DNA of 64,000 nucleotides from an uncultured Gemmatimonadales bacterium (GTDB taxonomy: Bacteria; Gemmatimonadota; Gemmatimonadetes; Gemmatimonadales; GWC2-71-9). A program made the translations under genes and the position numbers. The notes below the pieces were generated by a model. That model did not search any database, was not told where the DNA came from, and was given only the letters and a program-made list of their open reading frames with translations. The stretch spans positions 960,001 to 1,024,000 of the forward strand of contig CAVYSW010000003.1 of assembly GCA_963771275.1 (NCBI GenBank), given 5' to 3'. This document shows positions 63,529-64,000 of the stretch, one piece after another (position 1 is the stretch's first letter; the number at the start of each line of letters is the position of its first letter).

Positions 63529-64000
63529 ATGCGACGACCCTGCATTGACCCGCGCCCAGCCCGGCGCATCCAAGCAGCCCTGCTCGTTGTGCTCGCCACC
63601 GCCGCGTGCACCGCGTGGCCCCAGGCGGCGGCCCAGCAGCGTGTCGACTTCCGGAAGCTCGACGCCTATTTCGCCCAGGCCCGCGCCGACTGGCAGGTGC
63701 CGGGCATGGCCGTCGCCATCGTCAAGGACGGCCAGGTCGTCTTCGAGCGGGGCTATGGCGTCCGCCACGCGACCGACGGCGGCCCGGTGGACGCGCACAC
63801 GCTGTTCGCCATCGCCTCGAACACCAAGGCCTTCACGGCGGCCTCCCTCGCGATCCTTGTGGACGAAGGCAAGCTCGGCTGGGACACGCGCGTCACCGAC
63901 CTGCTGCCCTACTTCCAGCTGTACGACCCGTACGTCACGCGCGAGATGCGCGTGCGCGACCTCCTGTCCCACCGCAGCGGGCTCGGCACGTACAGCGGCG
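63529..64000 (+). CDS. Serine hydrolase of the beta-lactamase family, N-terminal part (runs off the window end)
   Basis: Manual translation: signal peptide, [23 protein letters not shown] (SxxK), RDLLSHRSG. Confidence 0.88.
   Translation, partial: MRRPCIDPRPARRIQAALLVVLATAACTAWPQAAAQQRVDFRKLDAYFAQARADWQVPGMAVAIVKDGQVVFERGYGVRHATDGGPVDAHTLFAIASNTKAFTAASLAILVDEGKLGWDTRVTDLLPYFQLYDPYVTREMRVRDLLSHRSGLGTYSG

Noticed and set aside
63529..64000. Antibiotic-resistance beta-lactamase
   Set aside because: SxxK serine hydrolases of this type are widespread peptidases/esterases, and only the N-terminus is visible.

Overview
High-GC (roughly 70% by eye) bacterial DNA. The gene content points to Gemmatimonadota or a similar lineage, though this is inference: four Hanks-type Ser/Thr kinases, an ECF-sigma/kinase pair, a BTAD regulator, and TPR and beta-barrel proteins. 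From left to right the window holds: (1) a tricorn protease and norCB; (2) a decayed integron with a broken intI, attC half-sites, an IS3 remnant and many gene fragments; (3) an ECF sigma + kinase + di-heme peroxidase unit with a shared promoter motif, then globin + kinase, ychF and a gluzincin; (4) a 60-aa 'ELEERIAP' peptide gene, an HsdR-AlbA_2 remnant and a DUF4143 ATPase; (5) a 13-kb cluster at 27.4-40.3 kb; (6) a kinase-Omp85-BTAD-lipoprotein unit, tRNA-Cys and housekeeping enzymes. The 13-kb cluster is the most notable feature. It combines genes typical of the mycobacterial DosR dormancy regulon (CBS protein, archease-rtcB, tandem USP, DosS/DosT-like GAF kinase) with an OmpR-type two-component system and a Cyc2-like cytochrome-porin / cytochrome c / porin / cytochrome c module. 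Helically phased repeats lie upstream of several of its genes. All calls come from reading motifs by eye; no database searches were run.
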